From: an uncultured cyanobacterium
Lineage (GTDB): Bacteria > Cyanobacteriota > Cyanobacteriia > PCC-6307 > Cyanobiaceae
Length of the DNA: 64,000 nt
Direction of reading: 5' to 3'
Assembly: GCA_963697335.1 (NCBI GenBank)
Contig: CAVONQ010000001.1
Location: 21,243 to 85,242 of the forward strand
Shown: positions 42,752 through 52,244 of the stretch, one piece after another
Layout: every line of letters starts with the position of its first letter
Position numbering within the stretch: position 1 is the stretch's first letter
Program-made: the position numbers and the translations under genes
Notes under the pieces: model-generated
Databases searched by the model: none
Seen by the model: only the letters and a program-made list of their open reading frames with translations
Told to the model about the DNA's origin: nothing

Positions 42752-45052
42752 ATGGCGGTGCCTGCTGCCAGCCGACGCGGCAAGCGCCAGGATCGTCCAC
42801 AGCTCACCATCGCGGCAGCCCCCTTGAGCGACCTGTTCAGCCATCACGGTGAGCAGCAGCGTCAGGCCCTGGCGCCGCTCGCGGACCGCCTGCGGCCCCA
42901 GGTCCTGGAGGACTTCGTGGGCCAGGAGGCGATCCTGGGGCCCGGTCGGCTGCTGCGGCGCGCCATCGCCGCCGACCGGGTGGGCAACCTGATCCTGCAT
43001 GGACCACCCGGCACGGGCAAGACGACCCTGGCGCGGATCATCGCCGGCAGCACGCGCGCCCACTTCACCAGCCTCAATGCGGTGCTCTCGGGGGTAAAGG
43101 ACCTGCGCAGCGCCGTGGAGGAGGCCCGCCGGCGCCTCGACCAGCACGGCTTGCGCACGCTGCTGTTCGTCGATGAGGTGCACCGCTTCAACACCGCCCA
43201 GCAGGACGCGCTACTGCCCTGGGTGGAGAACGGCACGGTGACCCTGATCGGCGCCACCACCGAGAACCCCTACTTCGAGGTGAACAAGGCACTGGTGAGC
43301 CGCTCGCGGCTGTTTCGGCTGCAGCCGCTGGAGGCCCCCCAGCTGCGGCAGTTGCTGGAGCGGGCCCTCCGCGACCCTGAACAGGGCTATGGCCGGCTGG
43401 TGGTGCAGGTCAGTGCCGAGGCCGCCGATCACCTGGTGGATGTGGCCGGTGGCGATGCCCGCAGCCTGCTCAATGCCCTGGAGCTGGCGGTGGAGACCAC
43501 CCCGCCCGGGCCCGAGGGGACGATCCAGATCGATCTGGCGATCGCCGAGGAGTCGATCCAGCAGCGGGCCGTGCTCTACGACAAGCAGGGTGACGCCCAC
43601 TTCGACACGATCAGTGCCTTCATCAAGGCGCTGCGCGGCAGCGATGCCGATGCGGCCCTGTTCTGGCTGGCCCGGATGGTGGAGGCGGGGGAGAACCCCC
43701 GCTTCATTTTCCGGCGCATGCTGATCGCGGCCGGGGAGGACGTGGGCCTGGCCGATCCCCAGGCGGTGGTGGTGGTGGAGGCCTGCGCCGCCGCCTTCGA
43801 GCGGGTGGGGCTGCCGGAGGGCCTCTACCCCCTCGCCCAGGCAGCGCTCTACCTGGCCGCCACCGAGAAGAGCAACAGCGTGCTCGGGTTCTTTGACGCC
43901 CTCAAGTGCGTGCGTCAGGCCAATCGCCAGCAGGTGCCATCCCATCTGCGCGACGCCAATCGCGATGGCGAGGCCTTCGGTGACGGCATCGGCTACCGCT
44001 ATCCCCATGCCTACGCGGAGCACTGGGTGGCGCAGCAATACCTGCCCGACAGCCTCCAGGGGCAGCTGTTCTGGCAGCCCGGGGGCCTCGGTTGGGAGGG
44101 GGGGCGGCGGCAACGCCTGCAGCAGCGCCGGGCCGCCCAGCTGGCTGCGGCTGCTGAGAATGCGGCCGAGGGGGGAGAGGTCCTCAGCGGCAGTCCGGAG
44201 GACCCTCACCTGGAGCGCTGGCTGCAGCGGCAGGCCGCGGCCGAGGGCGCCCGCCTCGATCAGCTGCGCCGACGGTTCTGGGCGGGGGCCCGCTGGCAGC
44301 GCCATGACCGGGTGCTGATCCTGGAGGCCCACTCCCTGTTGTGGGCCCTCGATCCCCTCGAGGCCACCCCCGAGGGCGGCGTGGTGATGACCGTGGCCAG
44401 CGAGGCCGAACGGGAGCGGCTCGCCGCCCAGCTGCAGGTGCTCGATGCCCTGCGCCGCCCGGAGATTCTGGTGGTGCCGTCCCACGACCCCACCGCCCTG
44501 CTGCAGGCGCTCGGCGCCAGGGCCGCCGGGCGCTTCGAGTGGATCGCAGCACGCCATCCCTGGCGTCAGGCCAGCGCTCCGGTGCTGACCGCGTGGATCA
44601 AAGCCCTGGTGCCGCTGCTGAGCACGGGCGGCCAGGGCCGGCTGCTGTTCAGCCAGCCGCAGCTGGGCCCGGCAGAGGCACTGCAGCGCAGCTGGCCCAG
44701 CGGCACGCCACCGGCAGCGCTGGCCAGAATCGTGCGCGCCGAACGGCAGGCCCTGGCCCCCAGCCAGCCCCCCCTCGCAGCCCTGGAGCAGTTGTTGCAG
44801 GACCACGGGGCAAGCGTGGAGCGGGAGCGCTGGGACGAGGCCCTCCAGCTCACCCTGGACAGCGTCCGCATCGAGCGTTGGCTGGCACCGAAGAGCCGCT
44901 TCCGCGAGGGCCTGGGGGCCCAACTCGAGACGGCTGAGGCAGCAACGGCCCTGGAGACGATCGCCACACTGCTTCGGCAGAACCTGGGTCGTTCCCTGCC
45001 CCAGACCCTCACCCACTCCCTCCTTCAGGTGGGGGCGCCAGGGCGCGCTTGA
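42752..45052 (+). CDS. rarA: Replication-associated recombination protein A (RarA/MgsA) AAA+ ATPase fused to a ~315-aa C-terminal domain of unknown function
   Basis: Walker A GPPGTGKTTLA, Walker B LFVDEVHRFN, ATTENPYFEV and the MgsA C-domain (ISAFIKALRGSDADAALFWLARM). The recognisable homology ends near 44100, but the ORF continues to 45052. Confidence 0.85.
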   Translation: MAVPAASRRGKRQDRPQLTIAAAPLSDLFSHHGEQQRQALAPLADRLRPQVLEDFVGQEAILGPGRLLRRAIAADRVGNLILHGPPGTGKTTLARIIAGSTRAHFTSLNAVLSGVKDLRSAVEEARRRLDQHGLRTLLFVDEVHRFNTAQQDALLPWVENGTVTLIGATTENPYFEVNKALVSRSRLFRLQPLEAPQLRQLLERALRDPEQGYGRLVVQVSAEAADHLVDVAGGDARSLLNALELAVETTPPGPEGTIQIDLAIAEESIQQRAVLYDKQGDAHFDTISAFIKALRGSDADAALFWLARMVEAGENPRFIFRRMLIAAGEDVGLADPQAVVVVEACAAAFERVGLPEGLYPLAQAALYLAATEKSNSVLGFFDALKCVRQANRQQVPSHLRDANRDGEAFGDGIGYRYPHAYAEHWVAQQYLPDSLQGQLFWQPGGLGWEGGRRQRLQQRRAAQLAAAAENAAEGGEVLSGSPEDPHLERWLQRQAAAEGARLDQLRRRFWAGARWQRHDRVLILEAHSLLWALDPLEATPEGGVVMTVASEAERERLAAQLQVLDALRRPEILVVPSHDPTALLQALGARAAGRFEWIAARHPWRQASAPVLTAWIKALVPLLSTGGQGRLLFSQPQLGPAEALQRSWPSGTPPAALARIVRAERQALAPSQPPLAALEQLLQDHGASVERERWDEALQLTLDSVRIERWLAPKSRFREGLGAQLETAEAATALETIATLLRQNLGRSLPQTLTHSLLQVGAPGRA

Positions 45053-45062
45053 GCAACAAGAA

Positions 45063-45105
45063 GCCCCGGGGATGACCCGGGGCAGGCAGAGCGCTGATCA
45101 GCGCT
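45063..45105. terminator. Two adjacent palindromic hairpins between convergent genes (possible bidirectional terminator)
   Basis: GCCCCGGG-gatga-CCCGGGGC at 45063-45083 and the perfect 16-nt palindrome AGCGCTGATCAGCGCT at 45090-45105. There is no strong U-tract. Confidence 0.4.
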
Positions 45106-45132
45106 GAGGAAGGATGGCCCTGGGGCCGAGGC

Positions 45133-45807
45133 TCACCAGAGGCCGCGGATCGGCATGGGCTGGGCCATGGGGGCCGGGGCGGGGGTTGTGGTGCGCACCT
45201 CGGCCACGGGATCGGCCATCTGGTTGGCCTGGATGCAGGCCGGCAGGAACACGTACCAGGAGAGCAGGGAGGTGCACTGGGCATCACCCTGGCAACGACC
45301 CTCGGCGCAGACGTTCTGGGCGCCGGTGTAGGTGCCGCAGAAATCGGCCAGACGCATGTCCGTAGGCAGGGCGGTCATGATGCCGGCCGAGGAGATTTCG
45401 CCATCGCGGGCGTCCTCGATGATCGCGGAGCGCAACGCCTGCACGGCGTAGGTGTTCATGCTCCAGTACGGGAAGTAGCTGGTGGACTGGTTCTTGAGGA
45501 ACTTGACGCCGTCATCGGAGTAGAGGAAGCGGCTGACGCCGACTAGGTCCACGTCGTAGGTCTTCTTCATGCCGTCACGAACCTCGTCGGCCGTCCAGCC
45601 GGAGTTCTTGAGTCCGCCCTGGAGGCCGCGGTCGGTGACATCACCGGTTTCCAGGTAGGTGTCCATGGCGCCCTGGTTGGTCGACCAGACCGCACCACCG
45701 GTGTTCCAGCGAACGGGCAGATCGTTGTCAACAGCAGCCGAGGCGGGCAGGGCGGACGAGGACAGGGCCGCACCAACGAACAGGCCGGCCAGCAGGTGCT
45801 TGATCAC
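45133..45807 (-). CDS. DUF1400-like secreted protein
   Basis: GTG start and signal peptide IKHLLAGLFVGAALSSSALPASA. The core segments (TYLETGDVT, VSRFLYSDDG, ALRSAIIEDARDGEIS and LPTD) resemble cyanobacterial DUF1400. The Cys-rich C-terminal tail is extra. Confidence 0.6.
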   Translation of the reverse strand: MIKHLLAGLFVGAALSSSALPASAAVDNDLPVRWNTGGAVWSTNQGAMDTYLETGDVTDRGLQGGLKNSGWTADEVRDGMKKTYDVDLVGVSRFLYSDDGVKFLKNQSTSYFPYWSMNTYAVQALRSAIIEDARDGEISSAGIMTALPTDMRLADFCGTYTGAQNVCAEGRCQGDAQCTSLLSWYVFLPACIQANQMADPVAEVRTTTPAPAPMAQPMPIRGLW

Positions 45808-45983
45808 GTGATTTGAATCAATTCATACATCAACGTAGCCATGACTGACACCCTTGACATTCCGGCGCAAGAGGTGTCAACAAACCGACACCCATGCCCC
45901 TGGCAGCCTGGAGCACCGGGCCACCGCATCACCGGCCACCGGGGCGGGCTCGTAACCTCACTCCACTCGTACCTGCCTCCGCG

Positions 45984-46451
45984 ATGGCCCTCACGATCGG
46001 CGATGCCGCCCCGGATTTCAGCCTGCCTGATCAGAACGGAACGGTCGTGAGTCTGGAAAGCTTCAGGGGCAAAAGGGTGGTGGTGTACTTCTACCCCAAG
46101 GACGACACTCCGGGCTGCACCAAGGAAGCCTGCAACTTCCGCGACCAGTGGAGCGCTTTCGCCGAGCACGACATCGCGGTGCTGGGGATCAGCAAGGACG
46201 GCGCGGCCAGCCACGCCAAGTTCATCGCCAAGTACACCCTGCCCTTCACCCTGCTCAGCGACGCCGAACCCTGCCCCGTGGCCACGGCCTACGAGAGCTA
46301 CGGCCTCAAGACCTTCATGGGCCGCGAATACATGGGCATGATGCGCCACACCTTCGTGATCGATGCCGAGGGCAAGCTGGAGCGGATCTACACCAAGGTG
46401 AAGGCCGACAGCATGGCCGACACCATCCTCAGCGACCTGGGGCTGGCCTGA
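45984..46451 (+). CDS. bcp: Peroxiredoxin Q/BCP
   Basis: Active site YFYPKDDTPGCTKEAC with the BCP-type CxxxxC. 155 aa from the internal ATG at 45984. Confidence 0.9.
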   Translation: MALTIGDAAPDFSLPDQNGTVVSLESFRGKRVVVYFYPKDDTPGCTKEACNFRDQWSAFAEHDIAVLGISKDGAASHAKFIAKYTLPFTLLSDAEPCPVATAYESYGLKTFMGREYMGMMRHTFVIDAEGKLERIYTKVKADSMADTILSDLGLA

Positions 46452-47154
46452 GCCGGGCCAGGGCCCGCAGGGCCAGATCCGGGTCGGCGCCACGACCCAG
46501 CAGGGTGGCGAGTTCAGCGCCATCACCGCCGGTGATCCAGAGGGCACAGCCCGGCGAGAGCTGGCAGGCGTCGCGCCAGGCCAACTCCACGGCCGCGGCC
46601 AGTCCCCGCAGCACCCCAGAGCGCATGGCCTGGGCGGTGTCGCAGGGCCAGGGATCCAGGGGAGCCGGCCGTGGCTTGTCCGACCCCAACGGGACCATGG
46701 CGGGCGGCAGGGCAGGCAGATGGGCCGTGGCAGCCGCCAGGGCACGCCACTGGAGGGCCGCCCCTGCCAGGATTCGGCCGCCGGCAAAATGGCCGTCACC
46801 GCCCACCCGGGTGAGGCTTAAGGCCGTGCCGGCATCGGCCACCAGCACCGGCCCGGCACTCTGCTGCCAGGCCTGCCAGCCCACCAGGGCCCGATCGACC
46901 CCGAGCCAGGGGGGAGCCGCGGCGAGCGGCACGTGCTCCAGGCCCAGGCGCGTGGCCGGATCGAGCCCCAGCTCCCCAGCCACGGGCCCCACTGCACACC
47001 AGGCCGTCGGCGCCCTACTGGGCTCGGCCTCTTGGCCAGGGGGGGCACTCCAGCAGTGCAGCTGATCGAGGCCGCCCCGAGCCCAGTGCCAGCGACTGTT
47101 GCCGATCAGAAGCCAGAGGCCTGGAGCAACCGCCGCAGGATCAGATCCCCTCAC
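46429..47154 (-). CDS. coaX: Type III pantothenate kinase
   Basis: N-terminus WLLIGNSRWHWA and ADAGTALSL (the actin-fold phosphate motifs of the CoaX family). GTG start. Confidence 0.7.
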   Translation of the reverse strand: MRGSDPAAVAPGLWLLIGNSRWHWARGGLDQLHCWSAPPGQEAEPSRAPTAWCAVGPVAGELGLDPATRLGLEHVPLAAAPPWLGVDRALVGWQAWQQSAGPVLVADAGTALSLTRVGGDGHFAGGRILAGAALQWRALAAATAHLPALPPAMVPLGSDKPRPAPLDPWPCDTAQAMRSGVLRGLAAAVELAWRDACQLSPGCALWITGGDGAELATLLGRGADPDLALRALARLRPAPGR

Positions 47155-47908
47155 CCATCAACCCAGGCAGGTGGATGCCGCATTCCTGCTGAAGCCCACC
47201 GAACCGGGTGGAGCGCCCAGGGCTGGAACCGTCGTCAGGTCCACTGGAGTGCCAGTCACCGACACTGGAGTAGCCCTGGGCAAACAGGGGGTGCTGGGGC
47301 AGCTGGTGCTTCTCCATGTAGTAGTACACATCGCGGTTGCTCCAGTGGAGCAGGGGCCGCAGGGCCCACCGGTTCCGAACGGCATCCAGCACCTCCATGC
47401 CACGGCGGTGGTCGGTCTGGGTCCCGCGCACCCCACTGGCCCAGCAGGCAACATTGCGTTCCCGCAGGGCCTGATCCAGCGGCTCCACCTTGCGGATGCG
47501 GTGGTAGGTCTCCAGGTCCTCGACCCGGCCGGTCTCCCAGAGGCGGCCGTGCAGGGCCTCCATGCGAGCGGGGCTGAGGCCGGCCTGGGCCACATGCAGA
47601 TCGAAGCTCAGCAGCCCGCGAAGCTGCTCGGCGTAGTGATAAGTCTCGGCGGGGAGATAGCCGGTGTCGACCCAGATCACGGGCACCCGCAGATGGCGTT
47701 GCTGCCCCAGGGTGCTCACCATGTGCAGCAGCACCGCCGATTGGATGCCGAAGCTGGTGGTGATGGCGAAACCGTCGCCGAACATGTCCAGTGCCCAGGC
47801 CAACTGCTCCTGGGGAGACAATCCCACCAGACAGCGCCGGGACAGCTCCAGGGACACCACCTGGCCGCTGCGGTCGGTGGGCAGGGTTGGGGCCTGTGCA
47901 ATCACCAT
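47141..47908 (-). CDS. cysH: Phosphoadenosine phosphosulfate (PAPS) reductase
   Basis: PAPS_reduct fold (FAITTSFGIQSAVLLH) and the C-terminal ECGIH redox motif. Confidence 0.85.
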   Translation of the reverse strand: MVIAQAPTLPTDRSGQVVSLELSRRCLVGLSPQEQLAWALDMFGDGFAITTSFGIQSAVLLHMVSTLGQQRHLRVPVIWVDTGYLPAETYHYAEQLRGLLSFDLHVAQAGLSPARMEALHGRLWETGRVEDLETYHRIRKVEPLDQALRERNVACWASGVRGTQTDHRRGMEVLDAVRNRWALRPLLHWSNRDVYYYMEKHQLPQHPLFAQGYSSVGDWHSSGPDDGSSPGRSTRFGGLQQECGIHLPGLMGEGI

Positions 47909-47981
47909 GAATCCATCATCACCCCTGGGCCAGGCCCCTGGTTAGGGTTCCGGATGTGTGTGGGCGCCCCCCTACCAAGCC

Positions 47982-49205
47982 ATGACGGCCACCACGGATG
48001 CGCCCGAGCAAAGCCGAGCCGCCCAGGCCAGTGCCCCGGTGGTGATCGTGGGTGGGGGCTTCGCCGGTCTGTACACCGCCCTGGCACTCGCCGAGCAGCG
48101 GCAGCCTCCACCGGTGCTGCTGATCGAGCCGAACGATCGCTTCGTGTTCCTGCCGCTCCTCTATGAACTGCTCAGCGGCGAGCTGCGCGGCTGGGAGATC
48201 GCGCCCCGCTACGACGCCTTGCTGGCCAGCAAGGGGATCGCCTGGCTGCGGGACCGGGTGACCCACATCGACAGCATGGCCAGGCAGGTCACCACCAGTG
48301 GGGGCCGCCGCCTGAACTTCGGCCAGGTGGTGGTGACCACGGGGGGGGACACCAGCAGCTTCGGCATACCGGGGGTGGAGGAGCATGCCCTCGGCTTCCG
48401 CAGCCTGGAAGATGTCGAGCACCTGCAGCGCCTGGTGCAGCAGCTGCGCGCCCAGCAGCACCCCCTGCAACGGTTGGCCATCGTGGGTGCTGGTCCAAGC
48501 GGGGTCGAGCTGGCCTGCAAGCTCTCCGACCTGCTGGGCGGCACGGCCCTGGTGGAACTGATCGAGCAGGCCGGCGAGCCGCTGCAACAGGCCAAGGCCT
48601 TCAATCGGGAGCAGGCTGTGCGGGCCCTGCAGCTGCGGGACGTGCGGCTGCGCACCCACACCCGGGTCCGCGAGGTGGGAGCCAGCCGACTGGAGCTGGA
48701 GGGCCCCACCGGAGCCGAAACTCTGGCCGTGCAGGCCACGGTCTGGACCGCCGGCCTGGCCTTCCAGCCGCCGTCAATCGAGCCGGCGCCGGCCTGTGAC
48801 CAGCGCGGACGGCTGTTGTGTGATGACAACCTGCGCCTGCAGGGCTGCACCGACCTGTTTGCCGCTGGGGACATCGCCGGCGTCAAGAGCGGCGAGAGCG
48901 ACCTTCCGGCCAACGCCCAGGTGGCTTTTCAGCAGGCCACCTGCCTGGCGGCCAACCTGATGCGCGCCAGGGCGGGGGAGCCCCTGCAGCCTTTCGGGTT
49001 CCGCGATCTCGGCGAGATGATGAGCCTGGGCGTGGGCGACGCCAGCCTGGTGGGGGGCGGTGTGACCCTCGCCGGCCCGGCCGCCTTCCAGTTGCGCCGC
49101 CTGGCCTACCTCACCCGGCTGCCCGGACGCAGCCACCAGCTGCGGGTTGCCGCCGGCTGGCTGGCCGACTGGAGCCCTGCAGCCGCGGCCGTGCATGGCA
49201 GCTGA
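47982..49205 (+). CDS. Type II NAD(P)H dehydrogenase (NDH-2 family flavoprotein)
   Basis: Two dinucleotide folds (VVIVGGGFAGLYTAL and LAIVGAGPSGVELA) plus AAGDIA. Confidence 0.8.
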   Translation: MTATTDAPEQSRAAQASAPVVIVGGGFAGLYTALALAEQRQPPPVLLIEPNDRFVFLPLLYELLSGELRGWEIAPRYDALLASKGIAWLRDRVTHIDSMARQVTTSGGRRLNFGQVVVTTGGDTSSFGIPGVEEHALGFRSLEDVEHLQRLVQQLRAQQHPLQRLAIVGAGPSGVELACKLSDLLGGTALVELIEQAGEPLQQAKAFNREQAVRALQLRDVRLRTHTRVREVGASRLELEGPTGAETLAVQATVWTAGLAFQPPSIEPAPACDQRGRLLCDDNLRLQGCTDLFAAGDIAGVKSGESDLPANAQVAFQQATCLAANLMRARAGEPLQPFGFRDLGEMMSLGVGDASLVGGGVTLAGPAAFQLRRLAYLTRLPGRSHQLRVAAGWLADWSPAAAAVHGS

Positions 49206-49833
49206 GCGCCCGAGGGGCCTGTTGCTGGATGCCATGGGCACCCTGATCGGCCTGCGCCGATCGGTGGGCCACACCTATGCCGCCGCGGCCTGCCGCCATG
49301 GGCTGAGCCTCGATGCTGAGGCCCTGAACGCGGCCTTCCGAAGGGCGTTTGCGGCTGCCCCGCCCCTGGCCTTTCCCTCGCTCCAGGGCGCTGCCCTGCG
49401 CCAGGCCGAGCAGAACTGGTGGACGGCGCGGGTGAACGCCACCCTGGCGGCCGTGGGCGTGGAACGCCCCCCCGCAGACCTGGGCCCGGAGCTGTTCCAT
49501 TGCTTTGCCGACGCCGCCCTCTGGCAGCCCTATCCCGAAGTGCCCTCTCTGCTGCAGCGCTGGCATGGGCAGGGCCTGAAGCTGGCGGTGGTGAGCAACT
49601 TCGACAGTCGGCTGGAGCCCCTGCTGGAGCAGCTCGGGCTGCGCCGCTGGCTGGACGCCGTAGTGGTGTCAAGTGCCGCGGGGGCCGCCAAACCGGAGCC
49701 CGCGCCGCTGCTGCTGGCCCTGGGGCAGCTGGCGTTACATGGCTCAGCTGTGTGGCACGTGGGCGACAGCCACGAAGACGAAGCGGCCGCGGCGGCTGCG
49801 GGACTGCGCTGTGTGCGGGTGCAACGACCTTGA
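49195..49833 (+). CDS. HAD superfamily hydrolase (subfamily IA)
   Basis: Motif I LLDAMGTL, motif II VVSNF and motif IV HVGDSHEDE. Confidence 0.75.
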   Translation: MAAERPRGLLLDAMGTLIGLRRSVGHTYAAAACRHGLSLDAEALNAAFRRAFAAAPPLAFPSLQGAALRQAEQNWWTARVNATLAAVGVERPPADLGPELFHCFADAALWQPYPEVPSLLQRWHGQGLKLAVVSNFDSRLEPLLEQLGLRRWLDAVVVSSAAGAAKPEPAPLLLALGQLALHGSAVWHVGDSHEDEAAAAAAGLRCVRVQRP

Positions 49834-49841
49834 GACAGGGG

Positions 49842-51569
49842 GTGCTCTCCGGGCGGACCGCCGGGCTGAGGCCCGCCCAGCGGCGGCGGCTGGAGCAGCT
49901 CTGCCACCGGCGACACCCGGAGGATGGGGTTGCCGAGCTGCTGTGCCTGCAGCGGTTGGCGGCCGAGAGTCGGGAGCTGGAGCTGCCGCTCACCTTGGTG
50001 GTGGATGGGCGGGGGCTGTGCCGGCTGCTGTGGGTGGGCCCGCTGGAGCAGTCGGGCCAGCTGCTGGAGAAGCTGCCGGGCTCCCAGCGGCGCCAGGGCC
50101 GTGCCCTGCGCCTGCTCACCTGCTGCGGCCGGGCCCGCCATCTCGAACCCGGCAGCCAGGAAGGGGTGGTGGGGCTCGACCTCCAACCCCAGCTGTGGCT
50201 GCGCTACGGCGACCAGGCCGAAGCCGGGGGCCACTGGAGTGCTGCCCTGTTCGTGCCCAGCGGCCAGCGGGGCCAACCCTGGAGCAGCGAACAGCTGGGG
50301 GAGCTGGGCGCGCTCTGCGCCATCGATCCCGGCCTCTGGGCCCCGTCCATGGGCGAGGCGGGCAGCGCTGCCGCCGAGCCCACGACGGCCCGGAGCACCG
50401 CCGGCCAGGAACGGGTGCTGCTGCTGGCCCTCACACCGGGCGACCGGGCCGCCGCCCAGCGGCTGATCGGCGAACTGGAGGGGCTGGTGCGCAGCGCCGG
50501 CGCCGTGCCGGTGGGGGTGGTGGAGCAGCGCCGCAGCCAGGTCTCGCCCCACACGGTGTGGGGCGAAGGGAAGCTGGCGGAGGCCGCCTTGGAAGCCCGG
50601 CGCCTCGGGGCCACCCTGGTGGTGACGGATCGGGAGCTGAGCCCACTGCAGGCGCGCAACCTGGAGCGCCTGCTGGATCTGCCGATCAGCGATCGCAGCG
50701 AGCTGATCCTGGACATTTTCGCCCAGAGGGCCGCCAGTGCGGCCGGGCGCCTGCAGGTGGAACTGGCCCAGCTGCGCTATCGCCTGCCCCGGCTGAGCGG
50801 GCGCGGCCGCAGCCTCTCGCGCCAGGGGGGTGGCATCGGCACCCGGGGGCCGGGCGAAACCCAGCTGGAAAAGGATCGCCGCGCCATCGCCCGCCGCATT
50901 GAGCGCCTGCAACGGGACGTGCGCCAGCTGGAGGCCCACCGGGCCAGGTTGCGGAGCGGGCGGCAGGCCCTGAAGCGGCTGGCCCTGGTGGGCTACACCA
51001 ACGCCGGCAAGAGCTCCCTGCTCAACGCCCTCACCCGGGCGGAGGGAGCGGAGCCGGTGCTCGCCGCCGACAAGCTCTTCGCCACCCTCGATCCCACCAC
51101 CCGCCGGCTCGGCCTGGGCGGGGCCGGCGGCCTGCCCGGCGAGACCCTGCTGCTCACCGACACGGTGGGATTCATCCGCGAGCTGCCCCCCGCTCTGATG
51201 GAGGCCTTCCGCTCCACCCTGGAGGAAACCCTCGAGGCCGATGGCCTGCTGCTGCTGGTGGACCTGAGCGATCCGGCCTGGCCTGAGCAGCGCCGCACGG
51301 TGCTGGCCATTCTCGAGGGGCTCGGGGCCGCCATGCCACGCCGGCTGGTGGCCAACCAGATCGACCGCTGTTCTGCCGCCGAGATCGAGCGGGCCCAGGC
51401 CCTCGAGCCCGATGCCCTGTTCGTGTCCGCCACCGAAGGGCTTGGGCTGCAGCGGCTCAAGGAGGCCCTGCTCGACTGGCCCCCGCCAGCGGATGGGGGG
51501 ACTGTGGCAGCATCGATCATCACGGGCGAAGGCGCCCTTCCCTTCCCTTCCACCGCCCCCGTCCCTGCC
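49842..51569 (+). CDS. hflX: GTPase HflX with an N-terminal extension. It has no stop codon of its own, and the frame continues into the peroxiredoxin up to 52205.
   Basis: HflX N-domain ([39 protein letters not shown]). G1 is [13 protein letters not shown]3 is DTVGF and G4-like is NQID. The start is GTG 49842 (or TTG 49830), just after the HAD stop. Confidence 0.75.
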
Positions 51570-52205
51570 ATGGCGCTACAACTCGGCGATACCGTTCCCG
51601 ATTTCACCCAGGATTCCCAGTTGGGTCCGATCCACTTCTATGACTACGCCGGCGAGAGCTGGGTGGTGCTGTTTTCCCATCCCGCCGACTACACCCCCGT
51701 CTGCACCACTGAGCTGGGGGAAGTGTCACGCCTGCGCCCCGAATGGGAGAAGCGCAACGTCAAGACCATCGCCCTGAGTGTGGACTCCGCCGAGAGCCAT
51801 AAGGGCTGGATCGGCGACATCAACGAAACCCAGAACACCAGCGTCGACTACCCGATCCTCGCCGATGCGGACAAGACGGTGAGCGATCTCTACGGGATGA
51901 TCCATCCCAAGGCGCTCAACAACCTCACGGTGCGCTCGGTGTTCATCATCGACCCCAACAAGAAGCTGCGCCTGCAGATCACCTACCCCGCCAGCACCGG
52001 CCGCAACTTCGACGAAATCCTGCGGGTGATCGACTCCCTGCAGCTCACCGACTACCACCAGGTGGCCACCCCGGTGAACTGGAAGGACGGTGAGGACTGC
52101 GTGGTGGTGCCCTCCATCCCCACCGATGAGGCCCGGGTCAAGTTCCCGAAGGGTGTCACGGAAGTGAAGCCCTACCTGCGCATGACCCCCCAGCCCAACA
52201 AATGA
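51570..52205 (+). CDS. 1-Cys peroxiredoxin (Prx6-like), in frame with upstream hflX
   Basis: MALQLGDTVPDF...FSHPADYTPVCTTELG...DWKDGE-type C-terminal domain. 211 aa from ATG 51570. Confidence 0.85.
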   Translation: MALQLGDTVPDFTQDSQLGPIHFYDYAGESWVVLFSHPADYTPVCTTELGEVSRLRPEWEKRNVKTIALSVDSAESHKGWIGDINETQNTSVDYPILADADKTVSDLYGMIHPKALNNLTVRSVFIIDPNKKLRLQITYPASTGRNFDEILRVIDSLQLTDYHQVATPVNWKDGEDCVVVPSIPTDEARVKFPKGVTEVKPYLRMTPQPNK

Positions 52206-52244
52206 GGCTGACCTAAGCGGGGCCACCATGGCCCTCTCTTCCCC

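Noticed and set aside
43211-45016. 601-aa minus-strand ORF.
   Set aside because: It is antisense to the RarA-fusion gene and has a shadow-frame composition.
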